From a virus (lineage: Duplodnaviria > Caudoviricetes), in IMG/VR virus record IMGVR_UViG_3300044840_000050, positions 1 to 61,628 of that record: a DNA stretch of 61,628 bases; one strand, 5' to 3'. Of the stretch, positions 8,785 through 18,003 are shown piece by piece (position 1 is the first letter of the stretch; the number at the start of each line of letters is the position of its first letter). Made by a program: the position numbers and the translations under genes. A model generated the notes under the pieces. That model had not been told where the DNA came from and searched no databases. It worked only from the letters and a program-made list of their open reading frames with translations.

Positions 8785-9081
8785 ATGGCCTCGCAACGCG
8801 GAGTACGCACGCCGTACAAGATGCGCGCCTGGAAGGCGACCCGGCTGTTCGTGCTGAACCGCGATGGCTGGACCTGTCAACTCCGTAGACCGGGTTGCAC
8901 GGGTACCGCAACCGAGGCGGATCACATCATGCACTGGAACCCGGACGGTTCGGGTGGCCCGTGGATTGATCCTCTCAATCTGAGAGCTGCTTGCAAGCAC
9001 TGTAATTCTGGTCGGCGCAGAGGCGCCTCGACCGTGGTATCGACACCAGATGGAGCGGTGAAGCCTTCCCGCGACTGGTGA
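8785..9081 (+). CDS. small HNH endonuclease (HK97 gp74-like)
   Basis: VLNRDGWTCQLRRPGCTGTATEADH...NLRAACKHCN. Confidence 0.85.
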   Translation: MASQRGVRTPYKMRAWKATRLFVLNRDGWTCQLRRPGCTGTATEADHIMHWNPDGSGGPWIDPLNLRAACKHCNSGRRRGASTVVSTPDGAVKPSRDW

Positions 9082-9100
9082 CCACACCTAGCCCATAAGC

Positions 9101-9157
9101 GGCCCCCGCGCAGTGCGACCTGCCGGGGGTCTGGCCAATCCTGGTGAGAGGATCGAC
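9101..9157 (+). promoter_or_regulatory. two-hairpin leader sequestering the RBS of the HNH gene
   Basis: GGCCCCCG/CGGGGGTC stem (9101-9131) and ATCCT/AGGAT stem (9138-9153) covering GAGG. Confidence 0.55.
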
Positions 9158-9868
9158 ATGGAGAAGCGTACGTGTGAGACGTGCGGTCATGGCTACACAC
9201 CGAAGGACAGACGAGGTCGCTTCTGCTCGACCCGCTGTCGCGAGGCTCACTGGTCACGCAGACCAGCACGGCCATACCGACGGACATGCCCAGCTTGTGG
9301 CCTCCAGTTCAAGAGCACGAAGCGCCGATGCGACACGTGTGCGGTGGCGCGCAGATCGCCTGGCCCGTCATCGCCCATCACATATGACGACTGCGAATGG
9401 TGCGGCCGATGCTTCGTCGCTAGGCGCAAACGGAAGTACTGCTCGCTTCAGTGCCAACGGTGGCAACACCCCAATGCGCAACGACTGAGCGCCATCGGCT
9501 ACAGCAACTGCACGGTGTGTGGCACCACGTTCGTACGGAGAGCAGGCATCATCGGCCGCTGCTGCTCCGAACCATGTAGACGCAGAGCGCGCAGACGACA
9601 CGAACGCAAGCGACTACGCAAAGCACAACTACGCGATCGATACACATTGCGCGAAGTAGCCGAGCGCGATGGCTGGCGCTGCCACCTCTGCCACAAGGCA
9701 GTCCCAGACCGGCCCTATGCAGCTCGTGACGAAGATGCCACCGTCGACCATCTCGTACCGCTCAGCGCAGGTGGAGACGACACGCTGATCAACGTGGCCC
9801 TTGCTCACAACGGATGCAACACCCGACGATCAGACCGAGGCGTAGCGCAACTCAGACTGCTCGCCTGA
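9158..9868 (+). CDS. free-standing HNH endonuclease with N-terminal zinc ribbons
   Basis: repeated CxxC...FCSxxC; RDGWRCHLC...ATVDHLVPLSAGG...NVALAHNGCN. Confidence 0.9.
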   Translation: MEKRTCETCGHGYTPKDRRGRFCSTRCREAHWSRRPARPYRRTCPACGLQFKSTKRRCDTCAVARRSPGPSSPITYDDCEWCGRCFVARRKRKYCSLQCQRWQHPNAQRLSAIGYSNCTVCGTTFVRRAGIIGRCCSEPCRRRARRRHERKRLRKAQLRDRYTLREVAERDGWRCHLCHKAVPDRPYAARDEDATVDHLVPLSAGGDDTLINVALAHNGCNTRRSDRGVAQLRLLA

Positions 9869-9963
9869 CTACGCATAGTGGGGGTGGGCATCGGCACGGC
9901 ACGGCACCACGCCCGCTCCGACCCGACACCTGACGATTTTTACTCCGGGAGATTTTTGGGCCG
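9869..9963. other. candidate cos/packaging-site region
   Basis: non-coding gap in the HNH-terS block; GGGGGTGGG run, (CGGCA)x3, GATTTTT x2; positional inference. Confidence 0.45.
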
Positions 9964-10251
9964 ATGGCGACTCACGGGTCTGTGCATCAGCCGGTCTACG
10001 ACTCGACTGCGTGGAAGCTGGTCCGGAAGTCGGTCCTAGCGAGGGATGGGTTCCGATGCCAGATCAGACTTCCGGGGTGCCTGGGAAGGGCGACGGCCGC
10101 GGATCACGTGGTGGAGCTCGAGGACGGCGGAAGCCCGTACTCCCTGAGCAATCTGCAGGCGGCGTGCCGGCCGTGCAACACGGCAAAAAGGAACCGGTCG
10201 CTCGCAAAGCGCGCCCGGCAGCTAAACCCGACCCAACTCCGGCGGTGGTGA
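9964..10251 (+). CDS. small HNH endonuclease (terminase-associated, gp74-like)
   Basis: VLARDGFRCQIRLPGC...ADHVVEL...NLQAACRPCN directly before terS. Confidence 0.88.
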   Translation: MATHGSVHQPVYDSTAWKLVRKSVLARDGFRCQIRLPGCLGRATAADHVVELEDGGSPYSLSNLQAACRPCNTAKRNRSLAKRARQLNPTQLRRW

Positions 10252-10520
10252 CGCTCACCGAGGCGGTCCAGGTCGGCCGGCTGGATGGATTGCGCGCGTT
10301 GCGGGATGCCCTGGCTCGGGAGATCGTGGCCGGGCGGGTGGAGCGGGGCGTGTCGCAGACGGCCTCGTTGGGCCGCCAGTTGCGTGAGGTGTTGAAGGAA
10401 GTCGACGAGCTCGAGCGGCTGAACCCAAAGAAGTCGGTGGTCGATGATCTCGCAAACCGACGTCAGGCTCGGCGTTCAACAGCCGCGAATACTGCTGAAG
10501 CCGGCGGGGATCGTCAGTAG
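10248..10520 (+). CDS. terS: terminase small subunit
   Basis: LRALRDALAREI...ASLGRQLREVLKEVDEL...VVDDLANRR typical of actinophage TerS; position before terL. Confidence 0.75.
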   Translation: MTLTEAVQVGRLDGLRALRDALAREIVAGRVERGVSQTASLGRQLREVLKEVDELERLNPKKSVVDDLANRRQARRSTAANTAEAGGDRQ

Positions 10521-11838
10521 CGCTGGCCCAGAAGCCACGGAACTCGCCGCCGCGTGCGGGCTGAACCTCGACCGCGCCCAGTCGTTGCATCTCGACGTCT
10601 CGATGGGCGAACGAGCGGATGGCAGTTGGGCTGCGTCCGAGGTCGGGCTGATCGCCTCTCGCCAGAACGGCAAGAACGGCGAGGTTGAAGCTCGGGAAGT
10701 CTTCGGCCTGACGGTGTTGAACGAGTGGATCATTCACACGTCGCACCTATTCAAGACCACCCGCGAGTCCTACGACCGGCTGATGTGGCTGATCGAGGGA
10801 AACCCGGAAGTCCGGGACTGCCTGCTGCGGGCGGTCGGGTCGCCGGCCTCGGGCTACGAGATGCGATTCCGCGGTGGTGGGCGCATCACCTTCATCGCCC
10901 GCTCGAGGTCATCCGGTCGTGGCCTGACCGGCGACCTGTTGATCTTCGATGAGGCGCAAGATCTCAACGACGACGCCCAAGGCGCTCTGCTACCGACCAT
11001 TTCAGCCCGTCCGGGAGCGCAGGCGTGGTATCTCGGGTCCGCTCCAGGGATCGGGTCGGCGGTGTTCCACCGGCTCCGCAAGCGCGGGCGCAAAGGTCAG
11101 GAATCCCGCCTCGCGTACTTCGAGCATTCCGCCGATCCAGACTGCGACCCCGACGACCGCTCAGCGTGGGCACAGGCGAACTGGGCGTACAACACTCGCA
11201 TCACGGAAGAGGCGATCGCTTCAGAGCGGGCTTCGATGTCGCTCGAGATGTTTTTGCGGGAGCGACTGTCCGTGAGCCCCGACATCGACGACCTTGAAGG
11301 CGTCATCCCCGCGGATGCGTGGGCAGAAGCCTGTTCACCCGACCTCGAAGTGGTCGCGGACTGCTTCGCACTCGACATGAACCCCGAACGGTCCTACGGC
11401 GGCATCGTCGCGGCGGGCGCAGGCCCGATCCTCGAGGTCGTCGCGTACGCGTCCGGTGTCGGCTGGATGGAGGAGCGCGCGGTCGAGTTGCACCAGAGGT
11501 ACAAGGTGCCGTTCGCGATCGACGCGAAAGGCCCCGCGGGCACTCTGATCGCCCCCCTCGAGCAGCGTGGCGTGAAAGTCATCGCTCTCACGTCCGACGA
11601 GATGGTCAAAGCGAGCGGCGACTTCTACGACAAGGTCATCAACGGCCTCGTCAAGGTCCGCACCAATGTCGATCTGAACAAGGCCGTGATCGGGGCCGCG
11701 AAACGCCCGGTCGGTGACGCGTTCTGCTGGGGCCGTAAGACCTCGGATTCGGAGATTTCCTTGCTCGTCGCCGCGACCGCAGCCCTGTGGCAACAGCCGC
11801 GCGGCGGGAACATCGAACTGATGGCCGCGTGGGCGTAA
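10444..11838 (+). CDS. terL: terminase large subunit
   Basis: SRQNGK Walker A, GRGLTGDLLIFDEAQ Walker B, C-terminal nuclease FALDM. Confidence 0.95.
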   Translation: MISQTDVRLGVQQPRILLKPAGIVSSAGPEATELAAACGLNLDRAQSLHLDVSMGERADGSWAASEVGLIASRQNGKNGEVEAREVFGLTVLNEWIIHTSHLFKTTRESYDRLMWLIEGNPEVRDCLLRAVGSPASGYEMRFRGGGRITFIARSRSSGRGLTGDLLIFDEAQDLNDDAQGALLPTISARPGAQAWYLGSAPGIGSAVFHRLRKRGRKGQESRLAYFEHSADPDCDPDDRSAWAQANWAYNTRITEEAIASERASMSLEMFLRERLSVSPDIDDLEGVIPADAWAEACSPDLEVVADCFALDMNPERSYGGIVAAGAGPILEVVAYASGVGWMEERAVELHQRYKVPFAIDAKGPAGTLIAPLEQRGVKVIALTSDEMVKASGDFYDKVINGLVKVRTNVDLNKAVIGAAKRPVGDAFCWGRKTSDSEISLLVAATAALWQQPRGGNIELMAAWA

Positions 11839-11966
11839 CCGCGAACGTCCTGCAGGCAGTCGGCCTCGCCCTCATCGCCTGCGGAGGGTTCCTCATCGCA
11901 ACCTGGCTCGGCCTGTTCCTCGCCGGCCTCGGTTGTGTGCTGCTCGGTCTCGCATTGGAGAGGTAA
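11829..11966 (+). CDS. small membrane protein between terL and portal
   Basis: Own translation MGVTANVLQAVGLALIACGGFLIATWLGLFLAGLGCVLLGLALER. Confidence 0.65.
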   Translation: MGVTANVLQAVGLALIACGGFLIATWLGLFLAGLGCVLLGLALER

Positions 11967-13373
11967 ATGCTCAGACGCCTCTTCAATCGCGACCTTCCGC
12001 TTTCCGGAGTCGGCGCGAACGAGACGACCGGCCTCGACATCTACAACTGGGCGAAAATGTTCGCGCCCGGCTCGCAGATGTCCTTCAACGGCTTCCAGTA
12101 CCAGGCATACAAACTCGGTAGCGGTGGGGCGGAGTCGGGGCTGATGGCCTCGAACCCGGCCGTGTTCGCTATCGCGTCGATCCGGGTCCAGTTGTTCTCC
12201 GAAGCGCGCTTCCAATGGCAGCAGCTACGCGGCGGGCGTCCCGGCGACCTGTTCGGCAACGCGGACCTCGCGATCCTCGAGGAGCCGTGGGCCGGCCACA
12301 CGACTCGCGACATGCTCGCCCAGGCCGAGCTCGACATCGTGGCCGCTGGGAACTCGTATTGGGTCCGCAACGGCCAGTTCCTCCAGCGCCTCGACCCGGC
12401 CCATGTGAAGTTGCTGACCGCAGCTGCGCGCGACCAGACGATGAGCGGCTACGAAATCGGCGAAGAACTCATCGGCTACGCGTACGTCCCGGGCCACGAC
12501 GATAAGCACGTCACCGTCTACCTCCCCGAAGAGGTCTGCCACTACAAGCCGATCCCGAATCCGGGGAACCGGTTCCTCGGGCTGTCGTGGCTGTCGCCGT
12601 GCCTGCAGGACATCACGACCGATGACCTCCTGACCCAACACAAGCAGTCGGTGATGAAGAACGGCGCGGCGCTCTCGACGATCGTGTCGTTCGACCCAGC
12701 AACGAGCCGCGAGCAGTTCGACCACTTCGTCGACACGTTCCGCCGCGATCACGACGGCCCCCAGAACGCGAACAAGACCCTCTTCCTCGGTGGTGGCGCG
12801 GACGTCAAGACGGTAGGCCAGACGTTCGAAAACCTGATGCTCCAAGCCGTACAGGGCGCGGGTGAAGTCAGAATCGCGGCCGCTGCCGGAATTCCCGCGG
12901 CGATCGTCGGCTTCTCCGAAGGACTGCGCGGGTCGACGCTGAATGCCGGCAACTATGGCGAAGCGCGGAGGCGCCTTGCCGATGCGACGATGCGGCCCCT
13001 CTGGGGAGCGTTCGCCTCGTCGATGCAATCCCTCATAGCGAAGCCTGCCGCGTCGCGCTTGTGGTTTGACGATAGGGACATCGCGTTCCTGCGCGAAGAC
13101 CTCGCGGATCAAGCGAACATCCTCGCCGAGAACGCGAAATCGGTGATGACACTCGTGCAAGCCGGTTGGGAACCCGACGCGGCGATCGAAGCGGTCACGA
13201 CCGGCGATTTGAGTCGACTCAGTGGGCGTCACCTGGGGCTCTATTCAGTCCAATTGCAACCGCCCATGGCTGGGGAAATGCCCGCGTCTTTTGGAGCACA
13301 ACCCCAACCGCAGAAGGTGCAACCCGCGCCGAGCCCGGCGCTCCCCGTAGGAGCCAACAACAATGGCAACTGA
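11967..13373 (+). CDS. portal protein (HK97 family)
   Basis: GNSYWV, PEEVCHY, GLSWL, RIAAAAGIPAAIVG; position. Confidence 0.92.
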   Translation: MLRRLFNRDLPLSGVGANETTGLDIYNWAKMFAPGSQMSFNGFQYQAYKLGSGGAESGLMASNPAVFAIASIRVQLFSEARFQWQQLRGGRPGDLFGNADLAILEEPWAGHTTRDMLAQAELDIVAAGNSYWVRNGQFLQRLDPAHVKLLTAAARDQTMSGYEIGEELIGYAYVPGHDDKHVTVYLPEEVCHYKPIPNPGNRFLGLSWLSPCLQDITTDDLLTQHKQSVMKNGAALSTIVSFDPATSREQFDHFVDTFRRDHDGPQNANKTLFLGGGADVKTVGQTFENLMLQAVQGAGEVRIAAAAGIPAAIVGFSEGLRGSTLNAGNYGEARRRLADATMRPLWGAFASSMQSLIAKPAASRLWFDDRDIAFLREDLADQANILAENAKSVMTLVQAGWEPDAAIEAVTTGDLSRLSGRHLGLYSVQLQPPMAGEMPASFGAQPQPQKVQPAPSPALPVGANNNGN

Positions 13374-13695
13374 GACGAGGACACGCATGACCCGCGACGA
13401 ACTCGACAAGCTCGCGCGCTCGCGCCAGTTCATTCATCGCCTGACGCGCGATGACCTCGCTGCTGTTGTCGACTTGCTCGACGCCACTGAGGCGCGCGCC
13501 GTGAAGGCCGAGTACCGCGCGGAAGTGAACGTCGAAGAGGAGCGTTCCGCCCTCGCCGCGGAGAACGTTCTGCTGCGTCAAGAGCGCGAACAGGCCCGTC
13601 ACGACTGCAAGTTGGCAGAAGCCGCGCTGGAACGTCTCACTACCGAGATTCGCGACCGCGCCGCGGGCTTGCTGACCTCCGTCAACGATCTCTGA
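13363..13695 (+). CDS. coiled-coil hypothetical protein
   Basis: AGGAG RBS; helical E/A/R/L-rich sequence. Confidence 0.65.
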   Translation: MATETRTRMTRDELDKLARSRQFIHRLTRDDLAAVVDLLDATEARAVKAEYRAEVNVEEERSALAAENVLLRQEREQARHDCKLAEAALERLTTEIRDRAAGLLTSVNDL

Positions 13696-13743
13696 ATCCT
13701 TCGCGGCAGCTTCGGCGCGCGCTAACGACAAGGACCCCTTGTT

Positions 13744-15075
13744 ATGGCAATTGACCACGAACGCGATTTCGCGTTTACTCTCACGCGTTCTGACGACGCC
13801 GAGAACGACGGCCTGACCTTCGAGGGCTACGCGGCCGTCTTCAACACGGCAGCGCATATCCGCGACGCGGACGGCGAATACGACGAGGTGTTCTCGCCCG
13901 GCGCGTTCAAGCAGACCATCAACCGTGGCAAGCCGTACTTCATGTTCTGCCATGGAAAGCATCCCCTTTTGGGCCAGATGCCTCTGGGGACGATCACCGA
14001 ACTGCGTGAAGATGCGCGCGGTCTGTTCGTCAAGGCGCGCCTGACCGACAACTGGCTCATCGCCCCAGTTCGCGACGCGATCCGCGACGGTGCGGTGACG
14101 GGCATGTCGATCCGCTTCGGTCCCGTAAAGGAGAAGTGGACCGGCCGACCGTCACTCGCGTGTCGGCACGGCGAACTTCGCACCGTCCATGAGGCGAGGG
14201 TCGTCGAGCTCGGCCCGGTCGTTGTCCCGTCCTACGCGGACACGACCGCATCGGTGCGGAGCGCGTTCCACAACCTCGAAGACGTCGTCGACGGTCTGAC
14301 CATCAACGTCGGTTTGCGCGACGCGACCACGACGGTGTCGACGCATGACCAGACCGTTCTTGATTTGGTGAAGAGCGCAATCAAGGACCGGCTCGGCCTC
14401 AACGATTCGGACGACGTGAGCCCGACCGACTTCTACGAAGCCGACAACAAACTCGTCTTCACCGTCTTCGGATCCAAGGCATCGGAGTACTCGGGCTCGT
14501 TCCAGGCGGACTACACGTACGCCGACGGAGTTGTGACCCTCACCGGCGACCCCGTCGCCGTGCAAGCGACCGGCTACGAACCGCGATCGAACGAGGACGC
14601 CATGTCGACCATGCTCACCCGCGACGACGTGACGTTCGCCGACATCACCGAAGCCGTCGAGGACGCGATCGAAACCCTCATCGGTGTCGACGACGTCACC
14701 TCCGACGTCTGGGTCGCAGACATCACCAGCTCGTGGGCGGTCTTCTCCGTCTGGGGCGCCCTCGAAGACAAGTGGCCCGACTACTGGAAAGTCACCTACA
14801 CCATCGACACGGACGAGAACGTGACCCTCGGTACTCCCGAAGCGGTCGAACAGACCTACGTCCCCAAGGCGACGCCCCCCGCGCGCAGCGCCGAACTTCG
14901 CAATGCCCGTAACACCACTGGCCCTTCCACAGAAGCCGCAACTCGCTCTTCTACCGAAGCCGCCGCGAAAGAGGACCGCGTACCTCGCGGCCCGATGACA
15001 TCGCCCGCAGAACGCGAAGCCGTGCTCCGAGAGTACGAGCTCACGCGTCGCGGCATCAAAGTAGGAGCAACCTGA
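13744..15075 (+). CDS. HK97-family prohead protease with long acidic C-terminal extension
   Basis: TFEGYAAVFN, GAF, MFCHG, GMSIRF, ELGPVVVPSY. Confidence 0.9.
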   Translation: MAIDHERDFAFTLTRSDDAENDGLTFEGYAAVFNTAAHIRDADGEYDEVFSPGAFKQTINRGKPYFMFCHGKHPLLGQMPLGTITELREDARGLFVKARLTDNWLIAPVRDAIRDGAVTGMSIRFGPVKEKWTGRPSLACRHGELRTVHEARVVELGPVVVPSYADTTASVRSAFHNLEDVVDGLTINVGLRDATTTVSTHDQTVLDLVKSAIKDRLGLNDSDDVSPTDFYEADNKLVFTVFGSKASEYSGSFQADYTYADGVVTLTGDPVAVQATGYEPRSNEDAMSTMLTRDDVTFADITEAVEDAIETLIGVDDVTSDVWVADITSSWAVFSVWGALEDKWPDYWKVTYTIDTDENVTLGTPEAVEQTYVPKATPPARSAELRNARNTTGPSTEAATRSSTEAAAKEDRVPRGPMTSPAEREAVLREYELTRRGIKVGAT

Positions 15076-15076
15076 A

Positions 15077-16537
15077 ATGACAACGACCGAATCGCCGGCT
15101 GAGGTCGGCAAGAACACGAAGATGGGAGATCTGCGAGAACGACTCGATGACATCGACGCCGAACTCGTCTCCCTCAACGAACGCGGGTTCGGCGCGACCG
15201 ACCCCGAGCAGGACAAGTGGGATGACCTCGTCGCCGAACGCGACGCGTTGTGGCCCGAGTACGAGAAGCTCGAGGAGCGTGCGAAGCGCATCGACGAGAT
15301 CCAGTCGACCACGCGTCGCAAGATTCGCGGCGAAGCGCCCCGCAAGAAGCCCCTCGACGACCTCCTGTCCCGCGACGTGCAGTCGCTCAGCTTCCGCGAA
15401 ACCCGCGACGCCGCCCTCGGTGTCCTGGATGACAAGGAAGCGGCCTGGCTGCTCACCGACAACCAGCTCGCAGTGCTCGACCGTGGCGTCCGCGACGCCC
15501 GCTCGGACCTCGCGATGCGCACGCTGGTCACCGAGAACGAGTACTACCGCTCGGCGTTCCACAAGCTGATGACCGACCCCAACGCGGCAGCGATGCTGAC
15601 CGAGGACGAACGTCAAGCAGTCCGGCTGCAACAGCAGTACCGGTCGTGGGCAGAGCGTGCCCAGTCCGAAACGACCACGGCGGGCGGCTTCGCCATCCCC
15701 GTGTTCATCGACCCGTCGATCATTCTGACGGACCAGGAGTCGGCGAACCCGTTCCTGTCCATCGCACGCACGGTCGACATCAACACGAACGCCTGGAAGG
15801 GCGTCAACGCGGCCGGCATGTCCTGGTCGTTCGACGCGGAGAACACGGAAGTCTCCGACGACGCCCTCACCATCGCGCAACCGAGCGTGACGGTGTTCCA
15901 GGCCCGCGGCTTCATCCCCTACTCGATCGAGATCGGGGAAGACTGGCCGGGCTTCCAAGCCGAAATGGCACGAGTTCTCGCGATCGGCTACGACGAACTG
16001 CTGATCGACAAGTTCTCGCGCGGTTCCGGCTCCGGTGAGCCTCGTGGAATCCTGACTGCGCTTGCTGCGTCGTCTCCGACGGTCATTGTGACGTCGTTGA
16101 CGGACGGCGCGTTCGGCCAGGAGGACATCTACGCGGTCTGGTCTGCACTCCCGCAGAAGTACCGCCGTCGTGCGTCGTTCATGATGAACGTCGACATCAA
16201 CGACAAGATCCGCCAGTTCGGTACGTCGAACGTGTACCACGCGTCCACGGTGACGTTGCCGGCCAACGCGATCGAAGTGCTGTTCGGCCGTCCCGTGTAC
16301 GAATCGCCGTACTTCCCGGTGTTCAGCTCGACTACTGGGGCGAGTAACAGACTAGTAGTCGGAAATTTCGATAACTACGTCATTGCTCGACGCACAGGGA
16401 TGACCGTGGAGTTCGTTCCGCAATTGTTCTCCACAGGGAACGGCCGGCCGACAGGCAGCCGTGGCTGGTTCGCTCACGCGCGCATCGGAGGTAACAGCGT
16501 GAACGACGCTGCCTTCCGTATGTTAAGTAACACGTGA
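15077..16537 (+). CDS. major capsid protein (HK97 fold with delta domain)
   Basis: N-terminal coiled coil, GGFAIP, GSGSGEPRGI, LFGRPVYES, VGNFDNY. Confidence 0.95.
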   Translation: MTTTESPAEVGKNTKMGDLRERLDDIDAELVSLNERGFGATDPEQDKWDDLVAERDALWPEYEKLEERAKRIDEIQSTTRRKIRGEAPRKKPLDDLLSRDVQSLSFRETRDAALGVLDDKEAAWLLTDNQLAVLDRGVRDARSDLAMRTLVTENEYYRSAFHKLMTDPNAAAMLTEDERQAVRLQQQYRSWAERAQSETTTAGGFAIPVFIDPSIILTDQESANPFLSIARTVDINTNAWKGVNAAGMSWSFDAENTEVSDDALTIAQPSVTVFQARGFIPYSIEIGEDWPGFQAEMARVLAIGYDELLIDKFSRGSGSGEPRGILTALAASSPTVIVTSLTDGAFGQEDIYAVWSALPQKYRRRASFMMNVDINDKIRQFGTSNVYHASTVTLPANAIEVLFGRPVYESPYFPVFSSTTGASNRLVVGNFDNYVIARRTGMTVEFVPQLFSTGNGRPTGSRGWFAHARIGGNSVNDAAFRMLSNT

Positions 16538-16572
16538 ACCGTTAGCCTAATCGTTATGCTATGCTCTTGGGC

Positions 16573-17379
16573 ATGGCAGAAGCGTTGGGTTGTAAGAACT
16601 GTGGCAAGCCGTTCCCGCCCCGCCGAGGTGGCGGTCAATATGGCGGGGGCGGCAAGCCGCAGGTTCATTGTTCGGATAAATGCCGACGAGATTGGGCACG
16701 CAAGCAACTGCTCGCCCGCAAGTGGGCGCAGCGGGCAACGGAATGCCCAGTATGTGGTGGACCGATCGAACAGAACGCCGTGGGGCAGCCTCGCAAGTTC
16801 TGCTCGGAGAAATGCAAGCTGCGAGCGACGAATCGGCGTGTCGCACGCGCCCGTCGCCCGGCCAAGCGAGGCTACGAAAAGCAATGTGCTCACTGCGGTA
16901 AATCGTTCACCGCGATCCGCGCCGACAGAATGTACTGCTACGACAGCTGGTGCGGGCAATATGCGTACGGAGAACGGAAGAGCGTTGGCGCTGGTCTCCG
17001 AATGCAAGAGCATCAGGTTGCGTGTGATGAGTGCGGAACGACATTTACGGCCACCCATCCGCGCGCACGGTGGTGTACGAAGCAGTGCGGTTGGAAACAC
17101 AACCATCGAGTAGCCGCCAAACGGGCACGCGTCGATCAATCGATCGTTCCCTTCACAGATCGCCAGGTGTTCGTTCGTGACGCGTGGGTCTGCCATCTCT
17201 GCGGCGACCCAATCGACCCTGAAATGAAATGGCCCGATCCGATGTGCGCGACCGTGGACCACGTACTGCCGATCTTTCATGGCGGCAAGGACGAACTCAC
17301 GAACGTCGCCGCCGCCCACTGGAAGTGCAATCGCGCAAAGGGCCGCAAAGCCCTACCTAAAAAGGGGACTCATGAGTAA
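16573..17379 (+). CDS. free-standing HNH endonuclease with zinc ribbons
   Basis: multiple CxxC...CSxKC; RDAWVCHLC...TVDHVLP...GG...NVAAAHWKCN; TATGCT -10 7 nt before ATG. Confidence 0.9.
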   Translation: MAEALGCKNCGKPFPPRRGGGQYGGGGKPQVHCSDKCRRDWARKQLLARKWAQRATECPVCGGPIEQNAVGQPRKFCSEKCKLRATNRRVARARRPAKRGYEKQCAHCGKSFTAIRADRMYCYDSWCGQYAYGERKSVGAGLRMQEHQVACDECGTTFTATHPRARWCTKQCGWKHNHRVAAKRARVDQSIVPFTDRQVFVRDAWVCHLCGDPIDPEMKWPDPMCATVDHVLPIFHGGKDELTNVAAAHWKCNRAKGRKALPKKGTHE

Positions 17380-17623
17380 CGACGTTGTCTACGCGCTCAC
17401 GACCATGCACGTCGCAGGCACGATGCTCAAACAAGGCGAGCTCTACGACGCGAACCATCCGCTCGTGCGCGCGCACCCGGAATGGTTCTCCGATGACCTC
17501 CTGCAGATCGCGACACGCGCGCCAGGCTGGAGAGACGTCCCTCCGGAGGAGCCGGTTCGGCGGGGTCCGGGACGGCCGCGGAAGATCGAAACGACCGAAG
17601 CGAACATCGAGGTAACGACATGA
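17372..17623 (+). CDS. small head-region protein with AT-hook-like motif
   Basis: HPLVRAHPEWF and RRGPGRPRK; AAGGGG RBS. Confidence 0.7.
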   Translation: MSNDVVYALTTMHVAGTMLKQGELYDANHPLVRAHPEWFSDDLLQIATRAPGWRDVPPEEPVRRGPGRPRKIETTEANIEVTT

Positions 17624-18003
17624 GTGACGAGAACCCCCAAGACCAGCAGACGGTCGGCCCGACGGTGCCGAAGGAGCCGGGCGAGATCGGCTGGCACGCA
17701 GACGCGGACGCTCCCGGTGATCTTTCTGTCCCCGAACCGGGGAGTGGTGGGGTCGGACCGTACGAGCCCGCGCCGGCGACACCGCCGAACGACGGTCTGC
17801 TCGACGAGCCCGCGGAGCCTGTCGCGGAGAAGGCTCCGGCTGCTCCGGCGAAGGTCGCGTACGCGGACATGAGTGACGATGACCTGCGCGCGGAGATCGA
17901 CCGCAGGCGCGCGTTGGGTCAGCCGTTGCCGGATGTTCGTGACGCGTCGACAGACAACCTGATCGCGTTGCTGCAAGCCTCTGATGGGGCGCATTCGGGG
18001 TGA
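17620..18003 (+). CDS. acidic Pro-rich protein with C-terminal Rho-N/SAP-like helical domain
   Basis: YADMSDDDLRAEIDRR...DNLIALLQASD. Confidence 0.6.
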   Translation: MSDENPQDQQTVGPTVPKEPGEIGWHADADAPGDLSVPEPGSGGVGPYEPAPATPPNDGLLDEPAEPVAEKAPAAPAKVAYADMSDDDLRAEIDRRRALGQPLPDVRDASTDNLIALLQASDGAHSG

